Assembly: GCA_010093605.1 (NCBI GenBank)
Contig: MU004199.1
Location: 806,001 to 870,000 of the forward strand
Direction of reading: 5' to 3'
From: Lophium mytilinum
Lineage: Eukaryota
Length of the DNA: 64,000 bases
Shown here: positions 59,787 to 64,000 of the stretch, piece after piece
Position numbering within the stretch: position 1 is the first letter of the stretch
How the letters are laid out: the number at the start of each line of letters is the position of its first letter
The notes under the pieces: generated by a model
Told to the model about the DNA's origin: nothing
What the model saw: only the letters and a program-made list of their open reading frames with translations
The model's database searches: none
Program-made: the position numbers and the translations under genes

Positions 59787-62700
59787 ATGAAACTTCAGTA
59801 TGCCAATAAGCTTTCGCTCTAGTCCGTCCTTTGTGACTGTGATTTTGGGCGCTCAGTCGTACGATCGAGATATCAGAGTCGAGTAGGTCCATCAGCATCT
59901 CCAAATCCCGAGTTCTGCTCAATAGCACAGTGTCGTTGCGGTGCCTGCCGTTGGCGCCGACCCCATTTCCACTTGGCGGGCCGGTGGAAATACCAAATCG
60001 AACACTTGGCTTCAGGAAGACCTATTGAGCAATCTTCCCATTGCGCGAGTCTTGTTCTACGACCATGGACATCCAGCCGATGGTGATGGGCTTAATCAGC
60101 TCGCGCGCCGTCTACTTGAGCACATTCTGACAATTGGAGTCTCATCCGGTCCCGTTCTTGCATTCATGTGTCACAGCACCGGTGGACTAGTTGTAAAGCA
60201 GGCGCTAGTGCTCGCGCAAGACGACGAAAGATATGCTCACGTCGTTGCATCTACCGTCGGAATCGCCTTTTTTGGTGCGTTTGTTCGAGCCGTATGACGA
60301 TGCGCGCATGCTGATCCTGCCAGCTGTCCCTCATAGAGGTTCTGAGCTTCTCTCCGATTCTACCTTCTCTGTCGATGTGCGGAAAGCTACGAACACCGAC
60401 TGGCGGTACGACAAGCCTCATAGTCAGCCGGACACTAAACGCTGCTATAGATTTCAAATGCCATCCGCACTCTGCAGCGAACTTAAACCAGTCATCTACG
60501 AAGCTGCCAAGGAGGGCGAAAGCCGTGAAGTCAGCTACCTTGTTGGACTTGCTGAAGCGTTTTCCACCCTTCTCAATTCTATACAACAAGAGATCCGAAT
60601 TTGGTCGTTTTATGAAAGCGTGCAAGCGGGACTTACTACAAAATCTCGCCCGGATGGATCTCGAGAGCCCTGGTATGAGGACGAAGACGATCTTATTGTC
60701 TCGGCTGATTCAGCGAGGCTTTGGAAAGAAGACGAAGATCTTGACGTCGGGCTCCCTTGCGATCACTACGGGACAGCTTCGTTTGACACCATGTATTCAG
60801 AAGAGTATGGCAGCATCCAGCTAGAAGAATTTCCGGACCGGAAATACAAAGCAGCTCTGTGTCAGCAACTGCATAGCCTTGTATCTGAGCGATATTGGCC
60901 CATCGGAGATCCAATGCAGGAAGTTCAGGCAGAGAACACTTTCTTTTTCCAGACTAGAATGGGCATAGAGTCTTCCTCTGTCTGCCGGTCATTCTCTTCA
61001 CTACTTGACAACGATTTCGGTGACTTCTTGGACCAAAATGACGAGAAAACTGTCGAAGCAACACCCATAAGGCCGATTTATGTACCTCAGCCGGCTTTTG
61101 AAAGTTCAAAAGCTAGGAAACAGCCCCGTGTATCTGCTATGAAGTCTTCCCTCTCATCCAAGAGCCATCTCACCCCAGCTTTGAACGAGAATAAAATCTC
61201 CAGGAGTTCCATACGTTCATCTAGTGATCATGGCGGTGATGGCGCCAACCAGCATGAACGTTCACAAGGCCGAGTGAAGGTGAGATTCAAACCGGAAGTA
61301 TCTCAAAACGATATCTCGCCACATACTGGTACCCCAGTGATTTCAGAAGTCCGCCTGGCTTTAGACTCTGGAGATGAAAAAGAGCCTGAACCTCAGCCAC
61401 AGAATGCTGCAAGCAATACTCCAAAGCGAAGGCCTTCCACAAACGGATCCCCTAGTTACACTGAATACACCCCTGCAGCTAAAAGAGACAGCGTGTCTTC
61501 TGGACCAATGTCACATGCCTTTTGGGGCTTCGAAACGTCGGTTACCGAGACGCCTGTGTACCGATACCGCTGGATACACGCGCCATACACTCATACTGAA
61601 CTAGCCAAAGTAATATCCAGACTCCCGCCATGATCATTGTTACAATTGCGGCGCTGATGGTTCTTCTAGACTATTCTGGAGAAGATAATAAAGAAGATGC
61701 CTCCAAAGCAACAACAATTTGATGTTGTCAGCGAAAAGTTTTGGTTGAAAAAGCAAAACACTGCTACGCACTCCTCGCCTCATGCTCGATACTTGCATTC
61801 GACGTGTGAGTTTATTGGTTAGTTCACGCATGCCTAGTCAATCAAACGCGCGTTTCACTGAAGCTCCCTAAGACGCAACCATTAAAGACCTGCCTATCTC
61901 CGAAGAGCTACGAGAGCTTCTCAGTGAAAAAGGAAGCAAAATCGTTTCAAGCCTCTCGGATTACATAAGTAGGAGCAAGGAGAAGGAACGAAAACGTGCC
62001 CACCGTCAAGAAGATACTGGCATATGCAAGGCATCGCAGATGGTTTTGTATCTCCGTAAGCACCTTCACTCGTGTCTACTCAAGGCGGCCAATTTACTAA
62101 ACTCTTTCCAGCATACCTGCACTGGGAATCGTTCAAGCATCTCAACAGACGCGAGGTGGTGATCAAAGAACGCATGAAGGCCAATCGCAAATTACTGAGA
62201 ACAGCCACCTGTATGCGAAATGATCCCGAGCCTTTTGAAAGGCCTCCCAGCATCATAGATTTACCCTCTATGCCAGACGAAAAGTACTCTTTCGGCCAGA
62301 CTGAAGCGATACCGAGCGCGGAGCAGAAATCCGTAGAGGACGATCTCATCGACGACGTTAGCACGTTCAAGAAGATGAAAGGATACATCGAAAATTCTCC
62401 GGAGCTTCGCTTTCTGTGGCACTACATCATCCCAGGTGATTTACTGCATTCTCGCCGTTCTCTCGACCAATACATGTACTCTACTCTCCCGGATACCTCC
62501 GCAAGAGACAAGGATCAGATACTGCACAAATGCACACGGCAAGGCATCGGCAGTCTTTCGAACGAGACCCCGGATTATGAAGACGTAGACAGCGTCCATG
62601 ATCAGGGCAACGATGTTGATGAAACAGGAAATGTATTGGTGGTGGATCAACTGTGGATGTGGGTAATGGATGATGGTAAGCACTACATTTCACCTCAGAG

Positions 62701-64000
62701 CAGCATTACCGGTGGCAACGTCGGCCCAATATCAGGACGTACCCAAGCGCAGAGAGCCATACCGCGGCCTTCAATTTAGTCCCATGACCAAGTCGAAGTG
62801 TTCTGAGATCCACTGCTAGCTCTTTGAATCTTGCATATCCCCGGTCGACCTAAACCTATCTAGGTGGAAGACTTCCCTCCCCTTAACAAAACGTACCTTC
62901 CAGTCAAGCTCCTTCATTGTGTTGCTCGAATATCGCTGACATATACCAGCGTCCGTAGTGACATTTTTCCCTCCCAAAGAAGTCGATATGCCGAACAACA
63001 AAGACAAACCTGTACCGGCACATTCGTCTGCAATTGACCTGGATCCCTCAAACTCCGTCTCAGCAAGGCTGATCGCCGAAGGAGATCTTCGAACATGTAT
63101 TCAACGAGAAATAGAGGGCAATGAGGACCCATTCAAGAACCAATGGGACCTTGCCGCCTTCATAGTGAAGCACGTCGTCACTGCTCTCTTCGATAGATTC
63201 GAGAACAGCGGTCCGCAAGCATTGCGAAATTTTGCCGAGTACATTGACAGACTAGTAAGCTACGAAACCTTTTCCTCATTCGCCATCACTAACATCACTA
63301 GATCGAAAAACAAGCTACATCTTGGGCATCTCTGAATCTGCGTCGTGGATTGAGTCTCGCAGACTCGAGCAAGGAGATTAAGCAGGTCTTCCAGGATCTC
63401 CGAGATCTGCGTGAGCTTCGCGATGTTGAGGACGAGCTGAGAATCATCACCAAAATACTGAGCAAGCAGAATGTGCATATTTCGAAGATGCAACGAATGT
63501 ACGACAAGCATCTCGGCGCTGGAAAATCGAGAGGCGCAGCATATCTGCAAGAAGCGCTTGGAATCATCGGGCGCAAGCAAGAACAAGTGCGACGAATGAC
63601 TATGAACATGGAGATGGCAAAGAAAGGGTTTGAGGAGCTTATTAACTTGCAGCAGAATCAGATATCAATCAACCAGGCGGTGGCGGCGGGTAAACAGTCG
63701 CGCGCTGTGACAATCTTCACTGGTAAGTCACTCGTCAAAGGATATGGCTGAAAATGGTGCGTTCGACTAATGCCTGCTACAGTGTTCACCGTCTTCTTCG
63801 TAAGTGTCTCGTGCCAGCCTTCGCAAGAATTCAATTAACCACAAGCGCTAGCTCCCGCTTTCCTTTTTCACTTCCTTGTATGGTATGAATGTGTCTGAAT
63901 GGGGTGGCAATGCGGGGACAGTCTCAATGAAGGTCATTCTGTCGACAATGCGTAAGCTCTCCGACCTACTAACGTGCCAACCTTCCGCTTACCCAAATCT
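59787..64000 (+). CDS. large multi-exon protein: N-terminal alpha/beta hydrolase (SesB-like) fused to a fungal CorA-like domain; truncated at the right edge
   Basis: WLQEDL..ARVLFYD, CHSTGGLVVKQAL, VPHRGS; then YLPYLHWE, RRSLDQYMY, VVDQLWMW, FTVFTVFFLPLSFFTSLYGMN; start position and some exon limits approximate. Confidence 0.8.

Overview
Eukaryotic DNA from a filamentous ascomycete (Pezizomycotina), judged from short GT-AG introns with CTRAC-type branch points and Zn2Cys6 regulators. Housekeeping-type genes: ARG2 N-acetylglutamate synthase, a beta-hydroxyacid dehydrogenase, a HAUS6-like protein, an HD deoxynucleotidase, a GPR1/FUN34 transporter, an RKM5-like methyltransferase, a long-chain acyl-CoA ligase, a metallo-beta-lactamase-fold protein, two C6 transcription factors, a RING E3, an Rrn11-like protein and CTF8. 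These alternate with accessory blocks at about 13-23 kb, 38-42 kb and 47-58 kb. The first block holds the best candidate for something new: an intronless 353-aa gene whose C-terminal half reads like a prokaryotic HepT/DUF86-type HEPN RNase (RNRIAH). It lies co-oriented between an archaeal-type dUTPase/dCTP-deaminase-family gene broken by one TAG and a CorA-like membrane gene, with MITEs around them. Also present: a ~215-bp TA-flanked MITE family (3 full and 2 decayed copies), a second MITE, a 733-bp fold-back Mutator-like element with a 9-bp TSD, a tandem pair of orphan zinc-finger genes (one apparently decaying), and a SesB-like hydrolase/CorA-like fusion gene running off the right edge. All family assignments come from reading motifs by eye; no searches were run.
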